From NCBI GenBank assembly GCA_045634745.1, contig JAZRAX010000028.1, positions 1,674-65,673 on the forward strand: a stretch of DNA of 64,000 bases. Direction: 5' to 3'. Made by a program: the position numbers and the translations under genes. Shown piece after piece: positions 1-10,249 of the stretch (position 1 is its first letter; every line of letters starts with the position of its first letter). This DNA comes from Acetatifactor sp. GTDB lineage: Bacteria > Bacillota > Clostridia > Lachnospirales > Lachnospiraceae. The notes under the pieces are model-generated. The model did not search any database. It had not been told where the DNA came from and saw only the letters and a program-made list of their open reading frames with translations.

Positions 1-2
1 CG

Positions 3-809
3 GTAAACTTAGCTTACGAAGCTGCTACTGCAGATTTAAATGATATTAATATGATTGACCCTTATCATTTAAAAGCTTATGGGGAAGCCACAGTAAATTA
101 CAACCGCGACGTAGAAATCTTCCCGGTTTTGAATGCTATTTTCATGAAGATTTTTGGAAAGAGCCCTTATGCTTCTCCTACCGATATGGGCGTAAATATG
201 GTAGGCAATTGTATTATTGACGATGAAGCATGTCGGGAAGCTTCCCGTCAGGAAATCATTCGCAGATATTACAAAGCCCTGGTTGGTGTCGCAAATGGCA
301 CCAACACCATGGAGGAATTAGGTAAAATCGAGCTCTTAATGAGTCAGGAAAATATTGCTGCTACCGACAGGCCTACCGTGAAACCGGCTTTGGACCGCGC
401 AGCAGCCATCGGTGCTCCGGCAGTAGCCATTGAGCTGACCGACGGTCGCATCATTACCGGCAAAACCGGCGAGCTATTAGGAGCCAGTGCCGCGGCTTTA
501 GTCAACACGTTAAAAGCACTTGCAGGCATTCCCCACGAAGAATTGATTCTTTCACCGGATGCTTTATCTCCTATACAGGTATTGAAAACCAACTATTTGG
601 GTAGCAAGAATCCACGTCTGCATACAGATGAGGTATTGATTGCCCTCTCTGCTACAGCAGCATACAACGAGGATGCTACCCTTGCCCTGAAGCAATTACC
701 AAAACTAAAAGGATGTCAGGTACATTCCAGTGTAATGTTGTCCTCCGTGGACCAGAAAACCTTTAAGAAGCTTTTCTGTGATGTAACCTGCGAACCGAAA
801 ACCATATAG
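3..809 (+). CDS. DUF1846 family protein, 5'-truncated by the window edge
   Basis: The frame is open from base 3 (VNLAYEAATADLNDINMIDPYHL...). The motifs NYNRDVEIFPVL, SPTDMGVNM, RQEIIRRYY and PRLHTDEVLIALS match my recollection of DUF1846. Confidence 0.8.
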   Translation, partial: VNLAYEAATADLNDINMIDPYHLKAYGEATVNYNRDVEIFPVLNAIFMKIFGKSPYASPTDMGVNMVGNCIIDDEACREASRQEIIRRYYKALVGVANGTNTMEELGKIELLMSQENIAATDRPTVKPALDRAAAIGAPAVAIELTDGRIITGKTGELLGASAAALVNTLKALAGIPHEELILSPDALSPIQVLKTNYLGSKNPRLHTDEVLIALSATAAYNEDATLALKQLPKLKGCQVHSSVMLSSVDQKTFKKLFCDVTCEPKTI

Positions 810-811
810 AA

Positions 812-934
812 TGTACAATAAAATATAACCGCTTCGGCGGGCAGAAATATATCCCTATTCGGACACGCTTTTCAACAGTCCTCATTAGGGATATATTTCT
901 GCCCGCCGAAGCGGTTTTTATATTTTATTGTACA
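812..934. repeat. Long inverted repeat (46/49-bp arms, 28-bp loop), probable bidirectional terminator
   Basis: 812-857 is the reverse complement of 886-934 except for a 3-nt indel. Each arm holds a CCGC-TTCG-GCGG hairpin. It lies between convergent genes. Confidence 0.85.
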
Positions 935-3456
935 ATTGCAGGAGTCCAGTAATGCTGGTTATAAATATCGGTGAAGCGATAGGTTACTCGTACACTTCCT
1001 TCGCCCACATCTACATTGCTAATGGTCATATCTTCTGTTACCGTCATTTGCTCGCCCAAGTAATAGCTATCTAAATATTCTCCATCGTAGGAATAGTAAT
1101 CACAGATGAAATCCAAAGTATCACCTACCTGAAGTTCACTCATGCCCTTTGCTACGGTTTCCGTTTCACCCTCCACATAATCTGTACGGGCACCGGCTAT
1201 ATAACCGTAAGGATTTTCGTTATCAAATACCAACATCAGGTTTACTCTTTCACCGTTTAACAATGCCGGTACGCGACCGGTAATGGTATAGTTCACACCG
1301 TCATCTATGGTATCCAAGTAATAATATGCCACCGGCTGTCCGTTAATAGCCAGCCAGGTACGGTCAGTATCACCAATCAAATTGCCATTTTCATCAAATT
1401 CAAATACATTATCAAGTCCTAAATCAATAAAGCCTTCCCCATCATCATAGAACATATTTAATTCCAGACTATGTACCAAGCCCCACTGTTCTTCACTTAA
1501 ACTGAGTATGTTCTGTCCCTGACTATTCTTTGCCCAGGTAAGCGCTGTAGCATCAAAATAATTGTCCGCCAAATACTGCGCCATAGTTTCTGTATCCATA
1601 GAGCTTTCATCCATGAATTCCATATTAGTTCTATCCAAACCGGCAATATTTGAAATCTGTCCGGTTAAAAATCCACCCAGTAAATCCGCAATGGCATCTG
1701 AACTGCCATAACCACTTACCAAATCACTAGAGGTACTTCCCCCTGTCGCGCTACTACCAAGTAACGTGCCCAACAAAGAAGGTAATGCAGATGTAGTTCC
1801 TCCGGTGGTCACCTGGCCACCTACTTCCAAGCTGGCAAATTCTTGGATACAACGGGCATATTCTTCATCCATACCAATTGCTTCATAAGTGTCCACTACT
1901 CTATCTACGGAAGACGCCTTTTTATAAGGGAAGTAAATAGACAAGCCATAAGCATTGGTCATATTGCTGGAAGTACGATTATACTTTACCGTGCTAAGCA
2001 AAGCTTCCGCTAATGCTTCCCCTTCCTCTGTACCCATATTCTGCGCCAAATGAACTAAATCCACCTGGTCGATGGCAGAAGATTGCGCAAATTCTCTGGT
2101 ATTATAACGGGCATTGGACACGGTCTGGTATTCATTGTCCTGAATCAACTCACTGGCAGATTTCGAAAATGCCTTTAACTCCTCCGGCACTGTCTTTTCC
2201 AATTCAGCTAAGTCTACTACGGACAAGGTAGTCTTCTGTCCATTACACTTGCGTGCACAAGTATCCACAAAATCATCTACAATATTTTTACCGATTTCGA
2301 TGGTTGCCATAGAGGTATCCTTACCAAGCTCCGTCAACCAATCTGTATAATACCAACCCACGCCGGGTTCTGTCTCTTCAGAAGCAATCAAATAATCTGC
2401 ATAAGGTGTCAACATCAATGCAGTCTCCAAAGTAGCCATCAGACAAGCATCGAAGCCCACGAAGTCAAAAGTAACACCCGCCTCTTTTAATGCCTGATTG
2501 ATTTCTGCCAAATCCATAGAACCGGAGCTCTTGAACTTTTCATCATAGCCATAGCCACTGATAGAACCTCCGCCGTGATCCCAAAAAATTAACTGATTAC
2601 GATTTGCGGGAAAATTCTTATCACACCACTTAATAAAGCTAACCAAGGTATCCGGATCCGTCATGGAAACAGAACCTGCATCCTCTACCAAAGGATACAA
2701 ACTACCTTCTTTCACCTGATATATCTGATTTACCTTGCTGCTGATTATATTATTGCGCCAACCGGAACAGCCACCCGTATAAATTAACAGATTAACATTA
2801 TCTCCAAAATCAGCGTTCAGCATTTCCTGCAAATCGGAAGTACCCATTCCCGAACGGGATTCTAAATCGGTACCACACATATATACCATTATGGTAACTT
2901 CATCCTTACCGTTACCCAAAATCTCCGTTCTCTTATCTCTGGCTTCCTTTGCCACGGAAGTATTCAATTTACTGGTATTGCTGCCTAATTCCCAGCCGGT
3001 ACTGGTTGTACCACTGTTTAATAAAGTACTCAAGCTGCCGAAATCAAAAGCTCCGCTTGTACTTGTACCGGTACTCGTACCTGTTCCGGTGCCAAGACTG
3101 CTGTCAATTACAGTATCTAATATGGTGCCTACAACGGATTGCTCAGTGTCAGTACTGCTACCGCCACCTCCTAAAAGGCCAGACAAACCGCCGCCTCCGC
3201 CAAGCAAAGCAATTGCCAAAATAATAATTGCTGCCAACGTGCTCTTCTTTCCACCGGAAGAACGCATACCACCACCGGACGGTCTACTGCCACCTCCTAG
3301 TGTACTTCCTCCTCCCACGGAACTACTACTACCGCCAAAAGAACCACTACTGCCACTACCTACCGGTCCGGTTCCCAAGCCACTGCCACGCTTTTTCACA
3401 CCTTTGCTACCGCCGGTCACATTTTTTTCTCTGGACCTTGGTCTGTTACCTGCCAT
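925..3456 (-). CDS. Clostripain-like cysteine peptidase (C11), membrane-anchored
   Basis: YMCGTDLES, FWDHGGG (catalytic His) and FDACLM (catalytic Cys). A Gly/Ser-rich N-terminus is followed by a hydrophobic helix. Start placed at ATG 3456 behind a GAGGAG RBS. Confidence 0.85.
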   Translation of the reverse strand: MAGNRPRSREKNVTGGSKGVKKRGSGLGTGPVGSGSSGSFGGSSSSVGGGSTLGGGSRPSGGGMRSSGGKKSTLAAIIILAIALLGGGGGLSGLLGGGGSSTDTEQSVVGTILDTVIDSSLGTGTGTSTGTSTSGAFDFGSLSTLLNSGTTSTGWELGSNTSKLNTSVAKEARDKRTEILGNGKDEVTIMVYMCGTDLESRSGMGTSDLQEMLNADFGDNVNLLIYTGGCSGWRNNIISSKVNQIYQVKEGSLYPLVEDAGSVSMTDPDTLVSFIKWCDKNFPANRNQLIFWDHGGGSISGYGYDEKFKSSGSMDLAEINQALKEAGVTFDFVGFDACLMATLETALMLTPYADYLIASEETEPGVGWYYTDWLTELGKDTSMATIEIGKNIVDDFVDTCARKCNGQKTTLSVVDLAELEKTVPEELKAFSKSASELIQDNEYQTVSNARYNTREFAQSSAIDQVDLVHLAQNMGTEEGEALAEALLSTVKYNRTSSNMTNAYGLSIYFPYKKASSVDRVVDTYEAIGMDEEYARCIQEFASLEVGGQVTTGGTTSALPSLLGTLLGSSATGGSTSSDLVSGYGSSDAIADLLGGFLTGQISNIAGLDRTNMEFMDESSMDTETMAQYLADNYFDATALTWAKNSQGQNILSLSEEQWGLVHSLELNMFYDDGEGFIDLGLDNVFEFDENGNLIGDTDRTWLAINGQPVAYYYLDTIDDGVNYTITGRVPALLNGERVNLMLVFDNENPYGYIAGARTDYVEGETETVAKGMSELQVGDTLDFICDYYSYDGEYLDSYYLGEQMTVTEDMTISNVDVGEGSVRVTYRFTDIYNQHYWTPAIVQ

Positions 3457-3553
3457 AATTTTTCTCCTCACCTTGTTATTATAATGGATTCTCCGTACTC
3501 ATCTAATCTCTCTGGTATTATATCGGCGTTTTTCCGTCCTACATTTATAAATT

Positions 3554-4927
3554 TTAGAATAAATGCTCCATTACATCCTGAACATTATCCACACCAATCA
3601 ATCGGATGCCATCCACTTCTTTCACGCTCTTTAGACATACCTTAGGTAAAATACAAGTATCGAAGCCCAGCTTAGCAGCCTCCGCCACACGCTGCGGTGC
3701 CATACTGACTGAGCGCACCTCACCACTTAATCCTACTTCGCCAAAAGCAATCAGTTTCGGGCTCAAGGCCACATTTTTAAAGCTGGACAAAATAGCTAGA
3801 ATAATGGCTAAATCAATCGCCGGTTCCACAATCTTCATACCTCCGGTCAGATTCACATAAGCATCGCAACCGGACAGTTGTACACCCAAACGTTTCTCCA
3901 ACACTGCCATAAGTAAATTCACACGATTAAAATCCGTACCGGTGGTCTGTCTGCGAGGAATACCAAAATTACTATGACAAACAAGTGCCTGAATCTCTAA
4001 TAAGAGCGGTCTGGTTCCCTCCATGGAACAAGCCACCACCGAACCACTGGCATTCTTCGGCCGTCCTTCCAACATATATTCAGAAGGATTCTGCACCTGT
4101 ACCAATCCTTCTTCCCGCATTTCAAACACACCGATTTCGTTTGTAGAGCCAAATCTATTTTTCACGCCACGCAGAATTCGATAAGACGCATGCCTGTCCC
4201 CTTCAAAATAAAGCACTGTGTCCACCATATGCTCCAATACTCTGGGACCGGCCACCGTACCTTCTTTAGTTACATGTCCTACAATAAATATGGACACATT
4301 TAACCCTTTTGCCAACTGTAAAAGGGTGGCTGTAGACTCACGCACCTGCGATACACTTCCGGGTGCTGCCGATACATTCTCATTATACATAGTCTGTATG
4401 GAGTCGATTACCACTACCTTAGGCATTTCTCTACGGATTACTTCTGCAATAATATCCAAGTTGGTTTCACACAAGAGTAACATACTCTGCTTAAAGCTAC
4501 CAATTCGATCAGCGCGCATCTTAATCTGCACCTGAGACTCTTCACCCGAAATATATAGTACCTTCTGGTCTGCTTCTGCCAGCATACGACAAGTCTGTAA
4601 CAATAACGTAGACTTACCGATACCCGGATCTCCTCCTACCAAAGTCAAAGACCCCTGTACAATTCCACCACCTAATACTCGGTCCAGCTCTCCGATTCCG
4701 GTTTGCGATTTATCTTCTTCCTGAATAGTAACCTCTGACAAAGACGTAGGAACAGCCTTTCCCACACCGCCTACTGTCTTTCCTATATTTTTTAAGGAAG
4801 CCGTATTTACGACTTCCTCAACAAAAGTATTCCACTCTTTACATCCGGGACACTGTCCCATCCACTTTGAAGATTCATGTCCACAATTCTGGCAGAAAAA
4901 TATAGTTGTATTTTTTCCTTTTGCCAT
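3554..4927 (-). CDS. radA: DNA repair protein RadA/Sms
   Basis: N-terminal CxxC-CxxC zinc finger, Walker A GDPGIGKST, KNRFG motif and Lon-like C-terminus. Confidence 0.97.
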   Translation of the reverse strand: MAKGKNTTIFFCQNCGHESSKWMGQCPGCKEWNTFVEEVVNTASLKNIGKTVGGVGKAVPTSLSEVTIQEEDKSQTGIGELDRVLGGGIVQGSLTLVGGDPGIGKSTLLLQTCRMLAEADQKVLYISGEESQVQIKMRADRIGSFKQSMLLLCETNLDIIAEVIRREMPKVVVIDSIQTMYNENVSAAPGSVSQVRESTATLLQLAKGLNVSIFIVGHVTKEGTVAGPRVLEHMVDTVLYFEGDRHASYRILRGVKNRFGSTNEIGVFEMREEGLVQVQNPSEYMLEGRPKNASGSVVACSMEGTRPLLLEIQALVCHSNFGIPRRQTTGTDFNRVNLLMAVLEKRLGVQLSGCDAYVNLTGGMKIVEPAIDLAIILAILSSFKNVALSPKLIAFGEVGLSGEVRSVSMAPQRVAEAAKLGFDTCILPKVCLKSVKEVDGIRLIGVDNVQDVMEHLF

Positions 4928-4945
4928 AAAACACTTCTCCTAAGC

Positions 4946-5353
4946 TTATGCTTCTACAATCTTTACATCCACATCTTCCAACTTAAGATCTACACTTAAG
5001 TTAAGCTTACCACTTAAATTCGTCTTTACCACACCAATAGAAGCACCCTTTAAAAATACTTCATACTCGGTATCTTCCTTTAAACCAACCGTAATCTGTG
5101 TCGCATGAGCACCTTCTGCCAGGAAGGACATTCCTTCTGCCTTCTCTTCAAAATCATGCACACTGGTTCCCGGAACGGACTCATATAAGAACATACCGTT
5201 CTTTTCCAATTTAGTGATTTCCGCAAAGGTCTTTACCTTGTAAACATCACCCAAGTGCTCAAAATCCTCTACTTTCTTCTTCTCTTGTAACTCATGATTA
5301 CCAAAGCTTAACTTTCCATCTGCTTCTGCACGAAGCAATTCTGCTACTGACAT
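4946..5353 (-). CDS. Conserved hypothetical protein between clpC and radA
   Basis: 135-aa ORF with a GGAGG RBS, tightly packed in the operon. No catalytic motif recognised. Confidence 0.75.
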   Translation of the reverse strand: MSVAELLRAEADGKLSFGNHELQEKKKVEDFEHLGDVYKVKTFAEITKLEKNGMFLYESVPGTSVHDFEEKAEGMSFLAEGAHATQITVGLKEDTEYEVFLKGASIGVVKTNLSGKLNLSVDLKLEDVDVKIVEA

Positions 5354-5376
5354 AGCCGTATCCTCCTACGTTTTTT

Positions 5377-7839
5377 CTATTGTGTTTTTACTGTAAAGGT
5401 CACCTTACCCTGACCTGTTTTCTTATCCTTTTTATAACCTGCGGTTACCGCATCGCCTACCGCAACGTTCTTTCTTAAAATTTCTTCTGCCAATGAGTCC
5501 TCCACCACAGATTGAATCGCCCGGCGAAGAGGTCTTGCGCCCATTTTGTTATCGGAATACTTCTCTACCAAATGCTCTTTCAAAGCATTACTGAAGTGTA
5601 AGTCAATATTCATCTGCTGCTTGCATCTCTTACAAAGATTCGCCGCCAACAATTGAATAATCTCTTTCATATTATCCTTGTTCAACTGATGGAACACAAT
5701 AATATCATCAATACGGTTAATAAACTCCGGCTTAAAGCTCTTCTTTACCTCTTCCATGACATTGGACTTCATTCTATCGTAATCCTTCTGCTCACTTACT
5801 TCAGAAGAAAAACCTAAATTCTTCGGATCCACAATACGTTGTGCTCCCGCATTGGAAGTCATAATCAATATGGTATTCTTAAAGTTGACCTTACGTCCCT
5901 TAGAATCTGTAATATGACCATCATCCAACACCTGGAGTAAAATATTAAATACATCCGGATGCGCCTTTTCAATTTCATCAAAAAGCACCACGGAATACGG
6001 ATTGCGCCTTACCTTTTCACTAAGCTGCCCACCATCATCAAAGCCTACATATCCCGGTGGCGAACCAATCATCTTAGAAACAGAATGTCCTTCCATATAC
6101 TCAGACATATCCACACGGATCATGGCATTCTCTGAGCCAAACATAGCCTCTGCCAATGCCTTACTAAGCTCCGTTTTACCCACACCGGTAGGTCCTAAAA
6201 ACAAGAAGGAACCAATAGGTCTGTTAGGATCCTTTAAGCCTACACGGCCACGGCGCATGGCCTTTGAAACTGCCGTTACCGCTTCTTCCTGACCAATCAC
6301 ACGTTTATGCAGAGTACTCTCCAACTTCAAAAGACGCTCGCTTTCCTTCTCGGCCAGCTTCTGCACCGGAACCTTCGTCCACATAGAAACCACTTCTGCA
6401 ATTTCATTCTCGCCGATTTCGATTGCGGCAACATTACCTTGCTTCTTGGTTCGTTTCTTCGCCCGCTCCAGCTTAGTGATAAGAGCATCTTGATTTTTAC
6501 GTAACTCTGAGGCTTCCTTAAACTGACCGGCCCGGATTGCTTCTTCCATAGCCTTGTCCAATTTACGGATTTCCTCCTGAAGCTCGCCCTGCTTATCGGA
6601 ACTACCCATATGTTTTAATCGTGCTGCCGAAGATGCCTCATCAATCAAATCAATGGCCTTATCCGGCAAATTTCTATCGTTAATATAACGTTTTGCCAAC
6701 TTCACTGCTGCTACGGTTGCCTCTGTGGTAATCGTTACCTGATGATGCTCCTCATACTTTGCCTTGATACCCTCCAGAATATCTATAGCCTCTTCTACTG
6801 TAGGCTCTTCCACGCTTACCGGCTGAAATCTACGTTCCAAAGCTGCGTCCTTCTCCACATGTTTACGATACTCAGAAATCGTGGTGGCACCGATTAACTG
6901 AATCTCTCCTCTTGCCAGGGATGGTTTCAAAATATTAGATGCATCAATGGCACCTTCTGCACCACCGGCACCAATAATCGTATGCATTTCATCAATAAAG
7001 AGAATTACATTCCCATCATTGATTACTTCTTTGATTACTTTCTTAATACGTTCTTCAAACTCACCACGATACTTACTGCCTGCCACCATACCGGACAAGT
7101 CCAAAGTAAGTACTCGCTTGTTCTGCACGGTAAAGGGCACCTCTCCCCGTACAATACGAAGCGCAAGTCCTTCCACTACGGCAGTTTTACCCACACCCGG
7201 TTCCCCAATTAAACAAGGGTTATTTTTCGTACGGCGGCTAAGAATTTGGATCACACGTTTAATCTCGTCCTCTCTACCGATTACCGGATCCAACTTTCCT
7301 GCCTTAGCCAAGGCAGTCAAATCACGGCTATATTGCTCCAAGGTAGCCGTTTTACTCTTTCCATTGTTGCGTTTGCTTAAATCTTCTTTGTACAAATTAG
7401 GGTCTGCACCGATAGCTACCAACACATCCACATATACCTTTTGGGGAGAAATACCTAAAGTATTCAAAAGTCTGACAGCTACATTCTCTCCCTCTTTAAT
7501 CAGTGCCAATAAAATATGCTCTGTTCCGGTACTCTTCTGCCCGAAACGCTCTGCCTGCTTATGGGACTCCTCTAAAATCTTTAAAGCTCTGGGGGAATAT
7601 CCTTCCCTCTCCTGAACGGTTACACCACTATCAAAGGCTATCAGTTCTTTAATCATATTCATAACCTTGTCAAGTACTACACCATTATCCTCTAACACCT
7701 TGGATGCCACTCCGGTGCCTTCCATAATCAATCCCACTAAAATGTGTTCGGTTCCAATATATCCCTGTTTCATCTGCCTCGCACATTTACCGGCCATTTT
7801 TAACGCAGCTTCCGCTTTCTCTGTAAACTGTGACTGCAT
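5377..7839 (-). CDS. clpC: ATP-dependent Clp protease ATPase subunit ClpC
   Basis: Clp N-terminal repeats (GTEHIL twice), two AAA+ modules (GEPGVGKT, GPTGVGKT) and a UVR-like middle coiled coil. Confidence 0.95.
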   Translation of the reverse strand: MQSQFTEKAEAALKMAGKCARQMKQGYIGTEHILVGLIMEGTGVASKVLEDNGVVLDKVMNMIKELIAFDSGVTVQEREGYSPRALKILEESHKQAERFGQKSTGTEHILLALIKEGENVAVRLLNTLGISPQKVYVDVLVAIGADPNLYKEDLSKRNNGKSKTATLEQYSRDLTALAKAGKLDPVIGREDEIKRVIQILSRRTKNNPCLIGEPGVGKTAVVEGLALRIVRGEVPFTVQNKRVLTLDLSGMVAGSKYRGEFEERIKKVIKEVINDGNVILFIDEMHTIIGAGGAEGAIDASNILKPSLARGEIQLIGATTISEYRKHVEKDAALERRFQPVSVEEPTVEEAIDILEGIKAKYEEHHQVTITTEATVAAVKLAKRYINDRNLPDKAIDLIDEASSAARLKHMGSSDKQGELQEEIRKLDKAMEEAIRAGQFKEASELRKNQDALITKLERAKKRTKKQGNVAAIEIGENEIAEVVSMWTKVPVQKLAEKESERLLKLESTLHKRVIGQEEAVTAVSKAMRRGRVGLKDPNRPIGSFLFLGPTGVGKTELSKALAEAMFGSENAMIRVDMSEYMEGHSVSKMIGSPPGYVGFDDGGQLSEKVRRNPYSVVLFDEIEKAHPDVFNILLQVLDDGHITDSKGRKVNFKNTILIMTSNAGAQRIVDPKNLGFSSEVSEQKDYDRMKSNVMEEVKKSFKPEFINRIDDIIVFHQLNKDNMKEIIQLLAANLCKRCKQQMNIDLHFSNALKEHLVEKYSDNKMGARPLRRAIQSVVEDSLAEEILRKNVAVGDAVTAGYKKDKKTGQGKVTFTVKTQ

Positions 7840-8216
7840 TAGTTAAATCCTCCATATTCTTCATATATATCATCTATTAACTGATGGAAATCTTCTTTTG
7901 TAATTCCTTTACAGCTTCCCTTGGCTATCATTACCTGAAGCTCGCGTTTCAATTCCGCCACAGCCTCTAATTTATTCATATCAATAGCCACTATCGCACC
8001 TCTGCGCCGGTCCACCTTAACATAACCTTCCTGCTTCAGTACCGTATAGGCTTTATTTACCGTATGCATATTGATGCCTATGGTTTCCGCCATGCTTCTT
8101 ACGCTGGGAAGAGAATCTCCTTCCCGATACTGCGAGGTAGCAATTCCAAGAACTATTTGATTCCTCAGCTGCAGATACAGTGCTTCATCGCTGTTAAAAT
8201 CAATTTTAATTATCAT
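7839..8216 (-). CDS. GntR-family (YtrA-like) transcriptional regulator
   Basis: GntR wHTH motif LPSVRSMA...INMHTVNKAY..L..EG with a short C-terminal domain. The stop overlaps the clpC start (TAATG). Confidence 0.9.
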   Translation of the reverse strand: MIIKIDFNSDEALYLQLRNQIVLGIATSQYREGDSLPSVRSMAETIGINMHTVNKAYTVLKQEGYVKVDRRRGAIVAIDMNKLEAVAELKRELQVMIAKGSCKGITKEDFHQLIDDIYEEYGGFN

Positions 8217-8381
8217 TCTGCCAACCTCCCATCTTGTATTTCTGTTATACAAATCATATCACAACTACCTCTTTATGAGAAGTCATTTTCGCCTTTTTGA
8301 TTCTAAAATTTTTATTATTTTTTTGACAAAAAATCGCACCTACATAATCTGTAGGTGCGACAATATTTTTACATTAAGTCT

Positions 8382-9761
8382 TTATTCTTCGCCTTCGTCC
8401 CAATCCAAGAAACCATATTCCATATCATCATCGTCATCTGTCATAAAATTCTTTGACTGCCATGTCTGTTTAGAAGCATCTACAGGCTTCTTAGGCTCCT
8501 GTTTGTTTACAGGAGGCATTACTTTTGTTTCATCAGATACTGCAGGTTTTGCAACCGGTGCCTTCGGCTTAACATTTGCCGTTCTCTCTCCTGCCGGTCT
8601 TTGTGGCATAGGCTTCGGCTTGGTATCTGCAGGATTGGATACTTTTACGGTCTGAGGTGCATTACTTCCGTTTCTCTCCAAGTTCATCTTTGGTACAGAA
8701 GTCTTCTGCACACCACCCTGACGAATAGTGGTTCCTGCGCTTGAACCGCTACCTACCGTATGCATTACATTTTTATTACCTGTACTCTGTCTCTGGGTTT
8801 GACGCTGACGGATAGTTTCCTTCTCCACTGCAGCGAAATATGCCTCATCCATTACATCTTTTACTTTTAAGATTAACAGGGTCACTGCTACACTTAAAAG
8901 AATTACCAAAATAACAAGGAAAACAATCCATCCCTTCTGGGACTTAACTTTTCCTTCCATTTCAGTATAAATCTGTGGATTTCTAACCGCTGCATTCATA
9001 ACGCTTTCCAAATTGTAACGATTACCTTCCACGTTATCAATCAACCACCATACATCGCCTTCTTCAACAGTCTCATAATCCTTTGACAAAACAGGAACTA
9101 CTACTTCCGGCTCGTCCACTACAGGCTCATCTACTACAGGCGGTTCAATCACTTCCGGTTCCTGTGTCTCTGTTACCGGTACTAATTCACCGGATACTGA
9201 TACAAAATCACTTCTAACAAAACCTGTTACATCACCATTGTCTGAAGTAAAGGTTACGCGATACCATGTTTTATTTTCACTATCAGTTGCCTGTCCGTTA
9301 ATAGTCATTACCTCACCGTTACGTACCTGAGCAACCTTAGAACCACTGGTAGAAGCATTGGAACGTACATTTACCTGTCCACCGGTCACACTACAATTCA
9401 CCGGCTGAAGCTCTGTCACTTCAGATGCAGTGGTGGAAGGAGTTGAAGTATCTCCACCAATCTTCTGCATTAAGTCTGAACGAACATAACCCAATTTATC
9501 TTCTTCATAAGAAATCTGATACCATGTATAACCGTCAGAACCTGTCACTTCATTAATGATATCATAGGTTTCTCCATACGCTGCACTACCAACCACGTCA
9601 CAGGAAGTATTTGCTTCCTTTCTGATTTTTGCTGAGGTAGTTGTTATTTTACCTTCTGCTGCCAAGCTGGTAAAAGAAATGCATACAAACATTACACACA
9701 TTACCATTAAAGTCATAACCGTTCTCAGCAACTGACTTTTCACATCTTTTGTTCTTCTCAC
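8382..9761 (-). CDS. Secreted/membrane protein with two bacterial SH3 domains
   Basis: Signal peptide, two SH3b-like repeats (AKIRKEANTS..WYQI..GYVRSD; VNVRSNAST..WYRV..GFVRSD), a transmembrane helix and a low-complexity cytoplasmic tail. Confidence 0.8.
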   Translation of the reverse strand: MRRTKDVKSQLLRTVMTLMVMCVMFVCISFTSLAAEGKITTTSAKIRKEANTSCDVVGSAAYGETYDIINEVTGSDGYTWYQISYEEDKLGYVRSDLMQKIGGDTSTPSTTASEVTELQPVNCSVTGGQVNVRSNASTSGSKVAQVRNGEVMTINGQATDSENKTWYRVTFTSDNGDVTGFVRSDFVSVSGELVPVTETQEPEVIEPPVVDEPVVDEPEVVVPVLSKDYETVEEGDVWWLIDNVEGNRYNLESVMNAAVRNPQIYTEMEGKVKSQKGWIVFLVILVILLSVAVTLLILKVKDVMDEAYFAAVEKETIRQRQTQRQSTGNKNVMHTVGSGSSAGTTIRQGGVQKTSVPKMNLERNGSNAPQTVKVSNPADTKPKPMPQRPAGERTANVKPKAPVAKPAVSDETKVMPPVNKQEPKKPVDASKQTWQSKNFMTDDDDDMEYGFLDWDEGEE

Positions 9762-9779
9762 CTGCGTAACCTCCCGTTG

Positions 9780-10247
9780 TTATTTTAAATCATCTCGTCT
9801 GAATCGTTTTTCACCATGTGCACCATTTTGTTTATCGGAGCCAAAGCCATGTACATTATCCAGGCTTTCACGTAGTTTTTTACGTTGCTGTTCCTCCAAC
9901 AACCTATGTTGACTCATCTCACACTCCGGACACAGCATGCCACTTCGAATTGCTTTACCGCATCTCTCACAATGCAAAAACATCTTGGACCCTGCTGCAA
10001 TTTGCAGTCTGGATTCCCGTAACATTTGTCGTATAGTTTTTTGCGAAACTCCTGTAGCCGATTCGATTTCTAAAGCAGTCGCACCTTTGTGTTGTTCAAT
10101 ATACACGCGCACTTTGCCATAGTCATCGTAATCCATCTTATTACAATCTTCGCAACGATATTCACCTACACCCTTGTATACCATTACTCCTCCGCATGCC
10201 GTACACACATGTGGAATATGATATGTGTCCATTTGTAAAAAATCCAT
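9780..10247 (-). CDS. YvyF-like zinc-ribbon/HTH protein
   Basis: Three CxxC pairs flank YGKVRVYIEQHKGAT..EI..ATGVS..TI, resembling the YvyF flagellar-operon protein. Confidence 0.6.
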   Translation of the reverse strand: MDFLQMDTYHIPHVCTACGGVMVYKGVGEYRCEDCNKMDYDDYGKVRVYIEQHKGATALEIESATGVSQKTIRQMLRESRLQIAAGSKMFLHCERCGKAIRSGMLCPECEMSQHRLLEEQQRKKLRESLDNVHGFGSDKQNGAHGEKRFRRDDLK

Positions 10248-10249
10248 TC

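Noticed and set aside
2891-3484. 197-aa Pro-rich plus-strand ORF
   Set aside because: Antisense shadow of the Gly-rich clostripain N-terminus.
4946-5353. Endosialidase label that I recall being attached to similar proteins
   Set aside because: Too short and lacks sialidase motifs; left as hypothetical.
6002-7615. Plus-strand ORFs opposite clpC, and the many other short antisense ORFs in the track
   Set aside because: They lie fully opposite well-supported genes, have no recognisable motifs, and are typical shadow frames.
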